From IMG/VR virus record IMGVR_UViG_3300020044_003239, positions 1 through 38,083 of that record: a stretch of DNA of 38,083 nt. The stretch is one strand, 5' to 3'. The notes under the pieces were generated by a model, which was not told the DNA's origin, did no database searches, and saw only the letters and a program-made list of their open reading frames with translations. Position numbers and translations under genes: made by a program. The first letter of the stretch is position 1; the number at the start of each line of letters is the position of its first letter. Of the stretch, positions 25,055 to 35,048 are shown in pieces. This stretch comes from a virus (taxonomy: Duplodnaviria > Caudoviricetes).

Positions 25055-25647
25055 GTAATGTACTCCCTGAAAATAAATGGCGCATCCCACTGAACAAACG
25101 CGCCGCTAGTCATTGGGTTAAGAGTATATGTTGGGCAGACCTGTGCCACGACATTGAACGTGACAGCAGACCCTAAAATCAATGATGTACCCGATGCGGG
25201 TGAACCAATCAATGGCCTGTGAATCCCTACAGACGAACCGGCGCTGTCGGCTGTTACCTTGTACACATACCCGCCAACCTGAAGAAAATCACCGGCTTTG
25301 AATGTTCCATTAGAAGTCAGCGCCAAAGTCTGCGTGTTAGGCGTAGGTGTCCCGTTCAATACAGATGTTGTAGCCGTGCCTCGATTTGTAGTGAACCAAG
25401 ATAACGTGTCACCGGCAAAACTGATTGATTCAGGCAGTTGTCGGTCTTTGTTGTCAATAGCCTGTATCACATCCCGGACTTGCGGATAGTACAAATACGA
25501 ATGAGGCGTGATAGTAAATTCCCAAGGCACAGCAGTAAGGTACTGAGCCACAGTGATGTAGCCTGACCTAGCGACTTGTTGCCCAACCATACGGCGGTTG
25601 TTCACTGTCATAGACTGCTGTATGTTAAAAATGGTTTGAAAGCTCAT
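25051..25647 (-). CDS. Distal tail protein (Dit-like)
   Basis: Directly after the tape measure gene; FKAGDFLQVGG.VYKVT; F.FREY end. Confidence 0.65.
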   Translation of the reverse strand: MSFQTIFNIQQSMTVNNRRMVGQQVARSGYITVAQYLTAVPWEFTITPHSYLYYPQVRDVIQAIDNKDRQLPESISFAGDTLSWFTTNRGTATTSVLNGTPTPNTQTLALTSNGTFKAGDFLQVGGYVYKVTADSAGSSVGIHRPLIGSPASGTSLILGSAVTFNVVAQVCPTYTLNPMTSGAFVQWDAPFIFREYIT

Positions 25648-28019
25648 GCTCTACCTCTGCTTGTCGCTAGTGTTTTGTTTGCGTAACTGTTAGCGGCCCA
25701 TATAGCGTTTGAACTGCCAAGCAATCTTTCCTCGAATGATTTTGTATCAATAGCGTTGATGTAATTGTTTGTAACAGTGGTAGTGCTACCCATACCGCCA
25801 AGGGCGTGATTTGGAATGATTGTTCCTGAACCCTTTGGAACAAACAACTCCGGACCGCGCTCACCCACGATTGATGGTCTGCCTACTGGCGGGTCACCAC
25901 CATCAGCCCATCCCGGCATTCCCATTACAGCCGCGCCCGCCGGTCCTGAACCCGCACCAAACCCGCCAAACAAAGTTTTCAGAATTGTTGAAGCTTGTGC
26001 TTTTAGCTGAATAGCAATCAAGTCTTGAATGATGCTTCTAGCCAAACTTTTGAATGACAACTTGCCGGTTTTGACAAAGTTATCCAAGGCTGAATTCATG
26101 TTTGAAGTAAGCGCATTGAACGAATCAGCGCCTGTCTTAGCGGCATTAGTTGCGTTCTCAACATAGCTTGTCATAGCTTGGCTGTAGCCAAATTCGTATG
26201 TGCGCTCATTTTGCAAATTAGCCATTTTCAAATCGTGTCTAGCTTGCTCAAATTCTATTTGGGCTTTGATTGCATCAATTCTGTCATTGTTAGCTTTAGC
26301 CTCTTTAGACAGCATATCTTCAGGCATGTCAATGTATTCAGGCAATGCCTGTAACTGCAATTTCAACTTCTCTACTGTGCGCTGTGTTTCCAGACTTTGC
26401 GTCAACATATTTTTGGCAAACTGTGTCATAGTCGCTGACCCGTCAGTAGCCAATTTGTTTAACTCAAACGCATTTTCAATTTCACGCTCTTGTATTGACA
26501 GAATGACTTTAGCTTGGTCCAAACGAATTTTCGTTTCATCTTCAGCCATCTTTACAGCGCCCGCACGATAGCCCTCTTGTCGTGTTTGCTCTAGTGTTAG
26601 GTCGGCAATCTCTTTCTCATATTGCAATTTTCCGATTGTGTAGCGGGTGTTGCTAATGATTTGTTTTTCTTGCTCTTTCAGTTTGCCTAATTCAAGGTTT
26701 AGCAAATCAGGACTCTTTTTGTATTTGTCCTGAAGTTCAGCACGCTTTGTGTTGAGTTGTTGTAATTGATCGCTTGCGTTTGTCCCAACGTCTACAAGTG
26801 ATTTTAAATACGTGTCTGAATAAGCAATGCCATTTTTTGCTTCTGTGTTTAAAGTTTTAATGCGTTCTGTTTGTAAAGCAATGCTTGCGGCAAATTCTTG
26901 TTTTGTAAGGTCATCGCTTTTTTTACCACTATCAGCTTCGCTTGCGCTACTAGCCGCACTACTTGCTTTCCCGCTTGATGCAGGGCCGCTATCAGATTCT
27001 CCATCTGTGCTTACAACATTACCGGCGGCATCGTATTGAACTTGTGAAACCTTACTGATGCCTTGACCGGATTCGTGTTGGTAAATTAAAAACGCTGTAC
27101 CCGCCGCCGCTAGTTTCAACGCAAGCATCAATGGCGAACCATTAGCCATAATGTTGAACGCCATACCCGCCGCTGTAGCATTCCTCAAAGCTACAACAAA
27201 CCCCGTCATAGCCGCTGTGAACGTGACAATCCGGGATGCAACAAAATACGCCGCCATACCCGCTAAAGCACCCGTAAATTTCTCCACGGACACTGTACCT
27301 TCATGAGCAAATCTACCTGTCAGATTTGCAAAAGCAATCATCAGGTTATTCATTGACGATGTTAGTTGGTCTTTTACTTTGGAGACGTTTTTGATCCCCT
27401 CACCATACTTTTCCCATTTGTCAACACCGCCTGAAATAATCTGTTCGACCTGTTGCATGTCCAAGCCCAAACCACCTTTACCAAGTTGCTTGCGGAGTTC
27501 AGATACATACTTGACAGTGTCTTTGGCTTGTAAATCTGCCAAAGCAGACACAACACGCCTAACAGCGTCTTCAGGTTGTAATGATTTGATTTCTCGGAAT
27601 GTGATACCTAGTTCGCGGAATTGGTCAACTGTTTCTTGATTGCCATCTTTTGCGTTTTGAATGTTCTCATACAGCTTGGAAAGAATCCGGGTTGCGGCCT
27701 CTCCGGATGACCCGGCTTTTAACAGTGCATCGTTGAATTGCAATGCAAAGCCTGTACTTACCCCTAGGCCATCGGCTAAATCTTGAATTCGGTCAGCAAA
27801 TGATGCAGTCTGGGCAATCAAAGCGCCCATACCAACCGAACCAAGGACCAAACTGCCGCCCATCTGTTTCCAAAGGTTGTTTAGGTCTTTTACGCCGCTA
27901 CCCAACTCATTGAAAGATTTTTGAAGGTCTTTAGCCTTTTGTTTAGCGTCTGCTGTAGCCTTGTCCCACTCACCAGTGATGAGGCCAAGTTTTACGGATA
28001 GTGAGCCAATGACTGCCAT
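25644..28019 (-). CDS. Tape measure protein (lambda-type C-terminus)
   Basis: 791 aa helical; IGSLSVKLGL start; ALDNFVKTGKLSFKSLARSII.DL; ADGG..VGERGPELFVP. Confidence 0.9.
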   Translation of the reverse strand: MAVIGSLSVKLGLITGEWDKATADAKQKAKDLQKSFNELGSGVKDLNNLWKQMGGSLVLGSVGMGALIAQTASFADRIQDLADGLGVSTGFALQFNDALLKAGSSGEAATRILSKLYENIQNAKDGNQETVDQFRELGITFREIKSLQPEDAVRRVVSALADLQAKDTVKYVSELRKQLGKGGLGLDMQQVEQIISGGVDKWEKYGEGIKNVSKVKDQLTSSMNNLMIAFANLTGRFAHEGTVSVEKFTGALAGMAAYFVASRIVTFTAAMTGFVVALRNATAAGMAFNIMANGSPLMLALKLAAAGTAFLIYQHESGQGISKVSQVQYDAAGNVVSTDGESDSGPASSGKASSAASSASEADSGKKSDDLTKQEFAASIALQTERIKTLNTEAKNGIAYSDTYLKSLVDVGTNASDQLQQLNTKRAELQDKYKKSPDLLNLELGKLKEQEKQIISNTRYTIGKLQYEKEIADLTLEQTRQEGYRAGAVKMAEDETKIRLDQAKVILSIQEREIENAFELNKLATDGSATMTQFAKNMLTQSLETQRTVEKLKLQLQALPEYIDMPEDMLSKEAKANNDRIDAIKAQIEFEQARHDLKMANLQNERTYEFGYSQAMTSYVENATNAAKTGADSFNALTSNMNSALDNFVKTGKLSFKSLARSIIQDLIAIQLKAQASTILKTLFGGFGAGSGPAGAAVMGMPGWADGGDPPVGRPSIVGERGPELFVPKGSGTIIPNHALGGMGSTTTVTNNYINAIDTKSFEERLLGSSNAIWAANSYANKTLATSRGRA

Positions 28020-28021
28020 GA

Positions 28022-28549
28022 TTACCTCTTTATGCCTTTGGAACGATCATAGGATGCAATGAACCTTATCAAATGTTCCGTCATTATTTTTTCCACATTA
28101 CCCGCATTCCTACGCATTGAGGGCAATAAAAACGGGTGTCCCGGACCAACCCTTGCGTTGCCGAATTCTTGTGACACTGGTACGGGTTTCTTGTTAACAG
28201 CGACAGTTTGTCCTCTGCCTTTTTTGTTGATGATGTAATTCAACACAGTGTCATCGCGCAATGTACTTGCTGTAACACGGGCCATGTAGACCTCACCAGG
28301 CATGTAGGCTTTGCCTTCTTTGTCCCGCGCCATTGGGCGGTGGACTTTCATGTATATGTTTTGAGAAAGTTGTCCGGTGTTTCTAGGTGCTTCGCGTTTG
28401 GCATCTTCTAACACGGGTGTCATGGCGGCTTTCATCATTTCGCGCCATACTTTGTCGGTCTTGCCTTTGCCGATTTCCTCTGAAATTTCTTTCATGGCGG
28501 CAAATAAGTCTTCAAACCCCTCAACCTTGAATGAAGCTTCAACCGACAT
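28022..28549 (-). CDS. HK97 gp10-like tail/neck component
   Basis: VEGFEDL..., AKREAPRNTGQL, QEFG, HPFLLP. Confidence 0.8.
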   Translation of the reverse strand: MSVEASFKVEGFEDLFAAMKEISEEIGKGKTDKVWREMMKAAMTPVLEDAKREAPRNTGQLSQNIYMKVHRPMARDKEGKAYMPGEVYMARVTASTLRDDTVLNYIINKKGRGQTVAVNKKPVPVSQEFGNARVGPGHPFLLPSMRRNAGNVEKIMTEHLIRFIASYDRSKGIKR

Positions 28550-28889
28550 TTTTGAACCTTTCTATGTTGAAATCCGGCGCATTGGTCATAAACATGAGCA
28601 ACGCATGGTTTGTTTTGTCTTGTGGTGTCGGTTCTGTATCAGGATTCTTTTCGTATTCGTTAACCCACGGGAACAAATCGTCAACTTTGAACGCCGGTGT
28701 GCTAGGTTGTCTTATGTAGTTAAAAACAGCCGTTGTCAGGGGTGCGATTGCATCATAAATCGCTTTGCCGCCTAACACGCCATCACCATACATAACGCAA
28801 ATGTCGGTGAAAGTTTCTTCGTCTATTTCGTCAATAGATTCTACAGTATGACCATTAAATATCAAAGCGGCTTTCACTTGCCGCCGCAT
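28539..28889 (-). CDS. Tail assembly chaperone, gpT-like part (probably expressed as a G-T fusion by -1 frameshift)
   Basis: In the -1 frame of the upstream gene, with no stop after the slippery site. Confidence 0.7.
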   Translation of the reverse strand: MRRQVKAALIFNGHTVESIDEIDEETFTDICVMYGDGVLGGKAIYDAIAPLTTAVFNYIRQPSTPAFKVDDLFPWVNEYEKNPDTEPTPQDKTNHALLMFMTNAPDFNIERFKNVG

Positions 28890-28897
28890 TGAGGTTC

Positions 28898-29416
28898 TTA
28901 GTTTTTTTTTGCGTCTTTGTATGAGGGCCGGATAGCTTCATCAATAGCTTTGACAATATCCCTAATGACCGCCTCAGGGAATTCGTCTGCAATCTCTTGG
29001 AATGATTCTGTAACAGGCTCACCAGTTTGTGTTTGTAGCAAACCAAAGAAAATCTCTACTTGTCTTTGCCACAAGGCTGACAGAGTGGCTACATGACGGA
29101 CTGATGTGCCGCTAACAATCACATCGTTGTCTTTGAAACTCATTTTTTCGCCATCGGCATTCAAGGCTTCAAGGAAACCATCCTCTGCGGAAGCCATTGT
29201 TGCCTTGAGTGGACCTGCCATTTCCTCATACAGCTTTTCAACCAAGTCTGAATCGGGTGTGGCTAGTTTTGCGGTGATTTCGTCCATCTCCCGCTTAACA
29301 GGAACACGAACCTTTAGTTCACATTCTGAATCGTTGATTGCGACTTTGATTGTTTTGATTCGAGCCGCCGCACGAATAGACTCATAAGATGCGCCAAGCT
29401 TATTTGAAATTGTCAT
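28898..29416 (-). CDS. Tail assembly chaperone (gpG-like)
   Basis: Ends GCA AAA AAA AAC TAA (AKKN*); lies between the tail tube and tape measure genes. Confidence 0.75.
   Translation of the reverse strand: MTISNKLGASYESIRAAARIKTIKVAINDSECELKVRVPVKREMDEITAKLATPDSDLVEKLYEEMAGPLKATMASAEDGFLEALNADGEKMSFKDNDVIVSGTSVRHVATLSALWQRQVEIFFGLLQTQTGEPVTESFQEIADEFPEAVIRDIVKAIDEAIRPSYKDAKKN
28901..28910 (-). other. Programmed -1 ribosomal frameshift site (A AAA AAC)
   Basis: -1 frame reads KKLRTS-MRRQVKAAL into the downstream ORF. Confidence 0.75.
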
Positions 29417-29639
29417 GTGTTACTTTGATTATCTTGTTGTATATAGATTGATTCAGCCTTACAGCGTAATCAACAACCTCATCAGGGGTCATTTTGTCAG
29501 CGTGAAATTGAGCAATTTGATGCGCCAATGTAATGGCTGTTAGCCGCTGTTGGGTAAACCCGAACCAATCTTTGTGGGATTCGGAACGGGTTGCCAAATA
29601 CGTTAACAAGTCTGATGTGTCTTTTATTATCGTACTCAT
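29400..29639 (-). CDS. Hypothetical protein
   Basis: 79 aa ORF in the tail operon. Confidence 0.65.
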   Translation of the reverse strand: MSTIIKDTSDLLTYLATRSESHKDWFGFTQQRLTAITLAHQIAQFHADKMTPDEVVDYAVRLNQSIYNKIIKVTHDNFK

Positions 29640-29642
29640 GTT

Positions 29643-29855
29643 TTATTCTGTTGTTTGTGGTTCTGTTTTGATTGGCTCATACGGGTTGTATTTCGCCAAA
29701 TATGTCAAAGCCACAAATTCTTCAGATGTAGGGTCAGCTTTTGCTAAAGCACTAGCGACCTCTTTGGCATCAACGGGTAAGCGTTGAGCCACAGTATCTA
29801 ATGAGCCATAGGTGTTAACCAGTGACTCAAGGGCCTGTTTAAGTGCGTTTGTCAT
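29643..29855 (-). CDS. Hypothetical protein (70 aa)
   Basis: ATG 2 nt after the tail tube stop. Confidence 0.6.
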   Translation of the reverse strand: MTNALKQALESLVNTYGSLDTVAQRLPVDAKEVASALAKADPTSEEFVALTYLAKYNPYEPIKTEPQTTE

Positions 29856-29857
29856 GA

Positions 29858-30352
29858 TTAGGTGGAAGCAGACCAACCATACTGATTGCCACGGGGATGA
29901 ATAGTGAACGTCACTTTGGCTTCTGCGCCGGGTGCATTGTCTACAGTCCACTGGCTAACACGACCATTGAACGCATAGTTGACGATGCCAGTACCATCTG
30001 TGGCGCTGATAACAAATGTGCGGTCAATAGTGCCGTTGTAAGCATCGCCACGGAGCAACAACAAAACTGTGTCTGAAGGATTCCAAGCCGCAGTGATGGT
30101 CATGCTTGTAGGCGCTGACTGTGCGGGAATCTTGTCAGATTGACGTGAACCGGCAACAGAGAAAGATGCCACGGCATCATCTTGACCGAAAGCAGGGATA
30201 GCTTCTACAGGAACAAGGTTGCCTGACACAGCTAAAGCTGAAACGCTTGAGTATGTAGACAAATTTGTTGTAGTCAAAGCAGTAGGGGTTGTGCCGGGTT
30301 GAGCGTACAGCGTTGCACTAAAGCCGGGTAGAATTTTATTTGGGAGAGCCAT
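29858..30352 (-). CDS. Major tail tube protein
   Basis: AAGGA RBS; gpV-N-like pattern (IPAFGQDD...SMTITAAWNP...FNGRVSQW...VTFTIHPRG). Confidence 0.75.
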   Translation of the reverse strand: MALPNKILPGFSATLYAQPGTTPTALTTTNLSTYSSVSALAVSGNLVPVEAIPAFGQDDAVASFSVAGSRQSDKIPAQSAPTSMTITAAWNPSDTVLLLLRGDAYNGTIDRTFVISATDGTGIVNYAFNGRVSQWTVDNAPGAEAKVTFTIHPRGNQYGWSAST

Positions 30353-30383
30353 TTTGATTTCCTTTTGAAAGTTTAAAAAAATC

Positions 30384-30806
30384 TTATGTTGGAATATCTA
30401 AGGTGCAATCTAAAAAGACTTGCCCCAACTTGTTTTCATTGTCATAGCTGTTGTACAGCCATTCCACATCAGCCTTTGAGATATTGAACCCGCCGTCTGA
30501 GGGATTGCCGAACATACCGCTATAACCATGTAGGGATTGTAATATCTGATTTGAAATTGTGAAACCATCTTCTATCACTTGCGTGAAAACAGAAATCCGG
30601 ACAATCGGGCGGTCAATGCCTTTAACCGACTGATAAATGCCTGTATATACGGGTTGGTGAACATTTTGAAGCATCCATGTTAAAAACTTGGGCTGTGTGG
30701 CGTAATTGCGGTTGAATGTCGCATATACGGGTACAGGCGTGACAATGCTTTGCAGTTGGTACTGAATAGCTTTGCCATATACAACTGGATTTTGCTGTGT
30801 TGTCAT
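30384..30806 (-). CDS. Tail terminator protein (DUF3168-like)
   Basis: Position before the tail tube gene; RISVF...ILQSLHGYSG. Confidence 0.65.
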   Translation of the reverse strand: MTTQQNPVVYGKAIQYQLQSIVTPVPVYATFNRNYATQPKFLTWMLQNVHQPVYTGIYQSVKGIDRPIVRISVFTQVIEDGFTISNQILQSLHGYSGMFGNPSDGGFNISKADVEWLYNSYDNENKLGQVFLDCTLDIPT

Positions 30807-31147
30807 ACTGCTGTAGTTGGGTCATTTCTGACACAAGTAATCATTACCTTCATTCGGTCATCAGTTTCCCGTATGCTGTCAATACGCCAATCAAAGTTTT
30901 TCCAATTGATGGAATACAGGTTCTGATTGTCAACAATCTCTTTTGTGTTAGGCGTGTAGTTCAGCGTAAAGTTAACGATGTCCGAATACACCCGGTATTT
31001 GTCGCTAATCCTGACGTTGTTAGCCACGGAATGAACCCTTGCGCGTGTAGCAAACCACAAAGACACAGTTGTAGACTGTTCACCAAATGAACTTTTACCA
31101 AAGGTCAGTCGGTTTACATTGATGTTCTCAAACCGCGCTATTGCCAT
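30803..31147 (-). CDS. Head closure / head-tail joining protein (SPP1 gp16-like)
   Basis: SSFGEQ..WF.TRA.V, FTLNY, I.W....W.I.SI. Confidence 0.75.
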   Translation of the reverse strand: MAIARFENINVNRLTFGKSSFGEQSTTVSLWFATRARVHSVANNVRISDKYRVYSDIVNFTLNYTPNTKEIVDNQNLYSINWKNFDWRIDSIRETDDRMKVMITCVRNDPTTAV

Positions 31148-31148
31148 G

Positions 31149-31820
31149 TTACATCACCAAGGGTTTGTATGGACGCAAAAGGGTTGCCACGCCAAAAGGA
31201 ATTTCTCGCAAGATTCCCTCTGTAGTGTTTGAACGATTGTTATACAAATGTGTAAGCAACAACAGGCCCGCTTGTTTGATAACAGGGTAAGCCGATAACG
31301 GGTTAGCAACAGTCGTGTAGGTAATCGTAATCGGGGCAGTCATGCTCGAATTGATTTCTGTTGGCAGACTGTTGATAATTACTTTGTTGCCTGAATTGTC
31401 ATAGTAATAATTTGATGAGGCAATGGTCGTGAACACGGGCGGGAAATTGTCATTCCAATACCCGACCGATTCAATTGAAACCGGTAATTGGTCGGGGTAA
31501 AAGTTTTGACTCACTTCCGGCATGTCTAAACACACCGGAGAGGCCGCGAGGGACTCTGTCCCATACCAAACCCTATACGTCACCGAAAAAATGCTTAAAC
31601 CAAGGAAATCTTCAATTGCTTGCCGGGTGGCAATTTCGAGGCTTTGCAAATAGCTGTCCTGACTTTCGTCATTGAACAAATTAAGTTGCTGTGTGATTTC
31701 GTCTAGCGTGAGCCAAGGTGTGCTACTGTCCCGGTTGATTTGCTCAACCTTGACGTAGTTGAAAGGGTTGCGGGTCTGCGCCCCAAAAGGCGCACCCTGT
31801 TGGTATTCGGTGGCGCTCAT
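31149..31820 (-). CDS. Head-tail connector (HK97 gp6-like)
   Basis: LTLDEI.QQL..D..QDSYL..L..A..AIE.FLG; P.IKQAGLLL.THLYNNR..IPFGV..LLRPYK. Confidence 0.85.
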   Translation of the reverse strand: MSATEYQQGAPFGAQTRNPFNYVKVEQINRDSSTPWLTLDEITQQLNLFNDESQDSYLQSLEIATRQAIEDFLGLSIFSVTYRVWYGTESLAASPVCLDMPEVSQNFYPDQLPVSIESVGYWNDNFPPVFTTIASSNYYYDNSGNKVIINSLPTEINSSMTAPITITYTTVANPLSAYPVIKQAGLLLLTHLYNNRSNTTEGILREIPFGVATLLRPYKPLVM

Positions 31821-32848
31821 TAGACACCAACTAAACGAATGCCGGCAAACGGGTCGCGCACTGTACTGACTAAACGCTTCTCAGCATACAAATTTATAAA
31901 TCCGGGTTGTGTTTGTTCCATTGCTTGAATTGTCATTTCTTCAATATCAGCAACAGTAACAAATCGAGGCCAATTTGCCAAATAAATATTGAAATTACCC
32001 GCGCCTGTTACAGACATGTTAGGATTGGCAATGACCGGGAAACCAAAAATGTTGACAACAGAACCGCCATCATCATCACCAGTTTCAGCAAATTGTTTGA
32101 TTGCTGTTGCGCCACCTAAATTACGCAATTCATGAATTGTTTGTGGGTGCATCATCCACGCAGTACCGGGCAAATTCCAATACTGAGCAGGGAACAATCG
32201 AACAATATCAGTTATGTCAGAATATGTGACTGCCGCCGCCGCTTGCGTGTATGTAGCAATGCTGTGGCGACCATTTGTGATTGCCGTGCCGCTAGAGCCG
32301 TATGCAGATGCACTTGCACTAGGATAGCTGTTAAGTCCACGGAGGCCGTTTGTACCACCAGTAGAAGTTGTTGTAGAACCGGCTTGGTCGTTGTTCAAGA
32401 CCATTGAAGCGCCTTCAATTTGACCAAATTCAAACATCAAATCTTGAACAATTGTTTCGTTCAAATAATTTACATCTGACATAACTGCTGTACGAATTGG
32501 CAACTGTGCTGAAATTACACGTGTTGGTAGTTGCCAAATTGTTGTGTTGATGTCTGGTGAACCGCTATTAGGGTTAACTGTGTAAAGCCAAGGATTTGTA
32601 CTGTTAGCCGCATTACCGGTTTTAGCTACAAACTGAACGCTTGAACCTGACGCTCCAATAACACGTGATAAATCACGAATTGGATTTGTAAAACGTAATG
32701 CCGCAAATGCGTCATCAAAATATGTGCGACCACCTACACCATCACCTGAACCAGTAAGCGCAGAGGCTTCACGCAAATCGACTTTTACAGGTGCGCCAGT
32801 TTGTATGGTTTCTTGAATCGCTGATAGGATTTTTTTGGTGACAGTCAT
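31820..32848 (-). CDS. Second HK97-fold capsid protein (paralog lacking the long delta domain)
   Basis: Colinear similarity to the upstream MCP (EASALT..GDG.GGRT, KTGNA, GG.NGLRGL, EKRL..VRDP); AAAGGA RBS. Confidence 0.82.
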   Translation of the reverse strand: MTVTKKILSAIQETIQTGAPVKVDLREASALTGSGDGVGGRTYFDDAFAALRFTNPIRDLSRVIGASGSSVQFVAKTGNAANSTNPWLYTVNPNSGSPDINTTIWQLPTRVISAQLPIRTAVMSDVNYLNETIVQDLMFEFGQIEGASMVLNNDQAGSTTTSTGGTNGLRGLNSYPSASASAYGSSGTAITNGRHSIATYTQAAAAVTYSDITDIVRLFPAQYWNLPGTAWMMHPQTIHELRNLGGATAIKQFAETGDDDGGSVVNIFGFPVIANPNMSVTGAGNFNIYLANWPRFVTVADIEEMTIQAMEQTQPGFINLYAEKRLVSTVRDPFAGIRLVGV

Positions 32849-32863
32849 GGTGATTCCTTTGAG

Positions 32864-32891
32864 AAAAAGGGCAGAGGCCGAAGCCCCTGCC
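32864..32891 (-). terminator. Rho-independent terminator between the two capsid genes
   Basis: GGCAGGGGC-TTCG-GCCTCTGCC followed by CTTTTT. Confidence 0.8.
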
Positions 32892-32910
32892 AATGGCAAC
32901 TACATGGAGA

Positions 32911-34266
32911 TTATGTAGCTGTTCCTGTTGAGCGATAACGCACACCCGCATTAGGATCACGCACGCTAGTTGCCAAGCGTTTTTCCCCGAAGAAAGTTAT
33001 ATATCCGGGCAATGTTTGATCGTATCTGCGCATAACCATGTTCAGGCGATCAATGATTGTGTGGAAACGTGACCAGTCAGCAAAGTACATTGGGTACAAG
33101 CTGTTAGTACCGGCTGAACCGCTAGTGGTTTGTGAAGGTGTATCGAGATACTTGTTCATCACCACGTCGAAGCCCAACATTTGACCAATGATGCCATCGG
33201 GGTTCAATGATTCCATTGAATTGAAGATGGGGCGACCATTAGTGTCTTGCAGACCGCGAATAGCTTGAGCCAAAATTGGGCTAACCATCCAACGTGCAGA
33301 AGGTGTCCAATATTGTTGTGGCAAAGCGTACATCGTATTGATAACGTCTTTGTATTGGATGTTGTTAGCGCCAACAGTGTTAGCATTGGTTGTGATTTGG
33401 TCATAGGTCGCCAAGCTGTGCAAACCGCTTGAAGAACCAGTACCACTAGAACCAAATGCGGCTGTTGAAGATGTACCACCCGCATAAGTGCTGTTAGCAC
33501 CGGCGTATTGGTCTAAGCCTCGCAAGCCATTGCTTCCACCATAGGGCAATGAAGTAGCACCTTGGTCATTATTTTGAATCATGGACAAGGCTTCTTGTTG
33601 GCTGAATTCGGCCAACATGTCATCAACAACATTGGCTTCCAAGCCATCAATGTCATCCAATGCCGCTGTACGGATAGGAAACTGGACGTTCAAGTCTTGC
33701 AACACAAGTTGCCAGATTGAAGTGTCTTCAGTTGTGGGGTTAGCGCCTGAGGAGGTATTGTTGTTAATACCATAGCCCCACATTGCACCCGCATTGCCCG
33801 TTTTTACGCGAAACTGGTAGCTTGAGCCATCAGTTGCAACAGTGCGTGACACACCGCGCAAAGGATTCATCAGACGCAAAGCAACGAATGTAGGGTCATA
33901 CGCTGTGCGACCACCCTTGCCATCACCACCGGCTGTCAAAGCAGAAGCTTCTGCAATGTATGCGCCGTATTGGCTTTCGTCTTCAAACATCTTCAGTTCT
34001 TTTTCCACTCGGTTGTTAGCCTTGTAGAAATTAGACAGTTGTTCACGCACAGAACGATTCACGTCTTGGCGAACAGTCTTAGCGGGTGCTTTGATGATTG
34101 TGGGCGCTTGTACAGAAGCAACTTTGGCTTCCAAAGCGGCAATCATTTCGCTCATCTCAGCTTTAACAGCTTCAACAGCGGCGGGAATTTTTGCTTCAAC
34201 GGCGGCAATGCTTTCGCTTTGCTTTACGTCCATAGCGTCCAATTTTTCAATGATAACTTGTGACAT
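32911..34266 (-). CDS. Major capsid protein, HK97 family, with N-terminal coiled-coil delta domain
   Basis: Follows the protease; Ala/Glu/Lys-rich N-terminus; ALDDI..LEA.V, IRGLQDTNGRPIF, MLGFDVV. Confidence 0.9.
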   Translation of the reverse strand: MSQVIIEKLDAMDVKQSESIAAVEAKIPAAVEAVKAEMSEMIAALEAKVASVQAPTIIKAPAKTVRQDVNRSVREQLSNFYKANNRVEKELKMFEDESQYGAYIAEASALTAGGDGKGGRTAYDPTFVALRLMNPLRGVSRTVATDGSSYQFRVKTGNAGAMWGYGINNNTSSGANPTTEDTSIWQLVLQDLNVQFPIRTAALDDIDGLEANVVDDMLAEFSQQEALSMIQNNDQGATSLPYGGSNGLRGLDQYAGANSTYAGGTSSTAAFGSSGTGSSSGLHSLATYDQITTNANTVGANNIQYKDVINTMYALPQQYWTPSARWMVSPILAQAIRGLQDTNGRPIFNSMESLNPDGIIGQMLGFDVVMNKYLDTPSQTTSGSAGTNSLYPMYFADWSRFHTIIDRLNMVMRRYDQTLPGYITFFGEKRLATSVRDPNAGVRYRSTGTAT

Positions 34267-34268
34267 GA

Positions 34269-35048
34269 TTAACCTTTCAGGCGTGTGTCTAGGATTTTTA
34301 GAAGTTCACGGGCTTCAAGAGCCGCAAGAATTTCCGCTTCGGTGGTTGCCTCCGCATCAGAATCACTCTGTTGTGGCGCAGTTTCAGGCTGAATCGAGAC
34401 AGCATCCCGCTGTTCAATCACTTGCTTGAATACAGATGCGGCGGCAACCGCATCCTTTCGGTTAAGCCCTGCATCCCGCAGAGCCGTTTCCAAAACTTTT
34501 AAATCAGCAGAGCCATCAGGCCGGAAATATTCCAACTTGTTGACATTTGCTTCAGGGTTGTTTGGGTACATCACTATGGACACTTCGCGCAAGCCGCCTT
34601 TTGTGATTTGAAAATAAGCTTCGTCTGATTGGTCAGGTTCGCCATCAGCGTTGACCATTTGATAATCTTCAGCGTAAGCGCCAACAGAAACGCCGCCAAA
34701 CATTGTGGGGCTTTCTTGCATGATTTTGTAAAGGTCTGAACCGGCTGTTGTGTTGGTATAAATCCGGCCTTCTGCCATCATACCTTCATCGGTGAATTCA
34801 AACGATGTCCACAATCCAACCGGGATTGCATCAGCGTTGTGATTAACAAACATTGGAAGGGGTCTGCCTTCTTTGGCGAAATTTTCGGCCCATTCCATAA
34901 AGCCTGATGGTTGATAATTGAAACGTCTACCATCAGCGCCTTCACGTGCGCCCCATGTAGTAACTGTAGCTTCAATTTTTCCGCTTGTAATGCCTTGCGC
35001 CTCGACCTTGAGTTGAGCTTCGCATACCATCATTAAGTTTTGTGTCAT
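34269..35048 (-). CDS. Prohead maturation protease (HK97/S78 family)
   Basis: PMFVNH..PVG.W, GGVSVG, LREVSIV.YPNNP.A, LE.ALRDAG. Confidence 0.9.
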   Translation of the reverse strand: MTQNLMMVCEAQLKVEAQGITSGKIEATVTTWGAREGADGRRFNYQPSGFMEWAENFAKEGRPLPMFVNHNADAIPVGLWTSFEFTDEGMMAEGRIYTNTTAGSDLYKIMQESPTMFGGVSVGAYAEDYQMVNADGEPDQSDEAYFQITKGGLREVSIVMYPNNPEANVNKLEYFRPDGSADLKVLETALRDAGLNRKDAVAAASVFKQVIEQRDAVSIQPETAPQQSDSDAEATTEAEILAALEARELLKILDTRLKG

